In this document: positions 63,905 through 64,000 of the stretch, piece after piece
Layout of the letters: each line of letters opens with the position of its first letter
Position numbering within the stretch: the stretch's first letter is position 1
Source: Mobula hypostoma
Lineage: Eukaryota
Length of the DNA: 64,000 nt
Assembly (NCBI RefSeq): GCF_963921235.1
Contig: NC_086107.1
Coordinates: 107,324,001 to 107,388,000 of the forward strand
Direction: 5' to 3'
The notes under the pieces: model-generated
Seen by the model: the letters and a program-made list of their open reading frames with translations, nothing else
The model's database searches: none
Told to the model about the DNA's origin: nothing
Translations under genes and position numbers: made by a program

Positions 63905-64000
63905 AAAAAAAATCGATTTCCAGGATATTGTATATAACTTGCGGGCATCAGGGAGCCACTATCAATATGCGGGAGACTCCCAGAACTTCCGGGAGAGGTG
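63530..64000. mobile_element. TIR DNA-transposon MITE (hAT-like) running off window end, inserted in a CR1 fragment
   Basis: Starts CAGACATCCCACC; inverted copy GGTGGGATGTCTG at 63610-63622; the same subterminal block is repeated at the window end. Confidence 0.7.

Overview
Vertebrate genomic DNA dominated by transposable elements, most likely from a cartilaginous fish. The evidence is V-domain and Deu-domain SINEs, CR1, Rex1/Babar, RTE, Penelope, Tc1/mariner, hAT and Helitron remnants, plus a shark-type GPR139-like fragment; this is inference, not a database result. No complete host gene was found. The window may be mostly intron of a + strand gene, with a CpG-island exon candidate at 1006-1079, a 32-nt exon candidate at 28487-28518 and a 12-nt microexon candidate at 49783-49794. 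Most listed ORFs are TE-derived or spurious. Main observations: (1) a 179-bp, circularly permuted piece of the CYHR1/ZFTRAF1 first coding exon inside an RTE-derived element (43907-44085), suggesting re-integration of a small DNA circle; (2) a 212-bp GPCR 3' fragment between 11-bp direct repeats (25938-26149); (3) many Penelope-derived minimal hammerhead ribozyme motifs, including ~215-bp fold-back mini-elements with their own target-site duplications and a 1.1-kb inverted Penelope element; (4) a Helitron with STPR-like repeats; (5) a 33-bp minisatellite apparently grown from a Deu-SINE. Family names come from recalled motifs read by eye. Boundaries without TSDs or TIRs are approximate.
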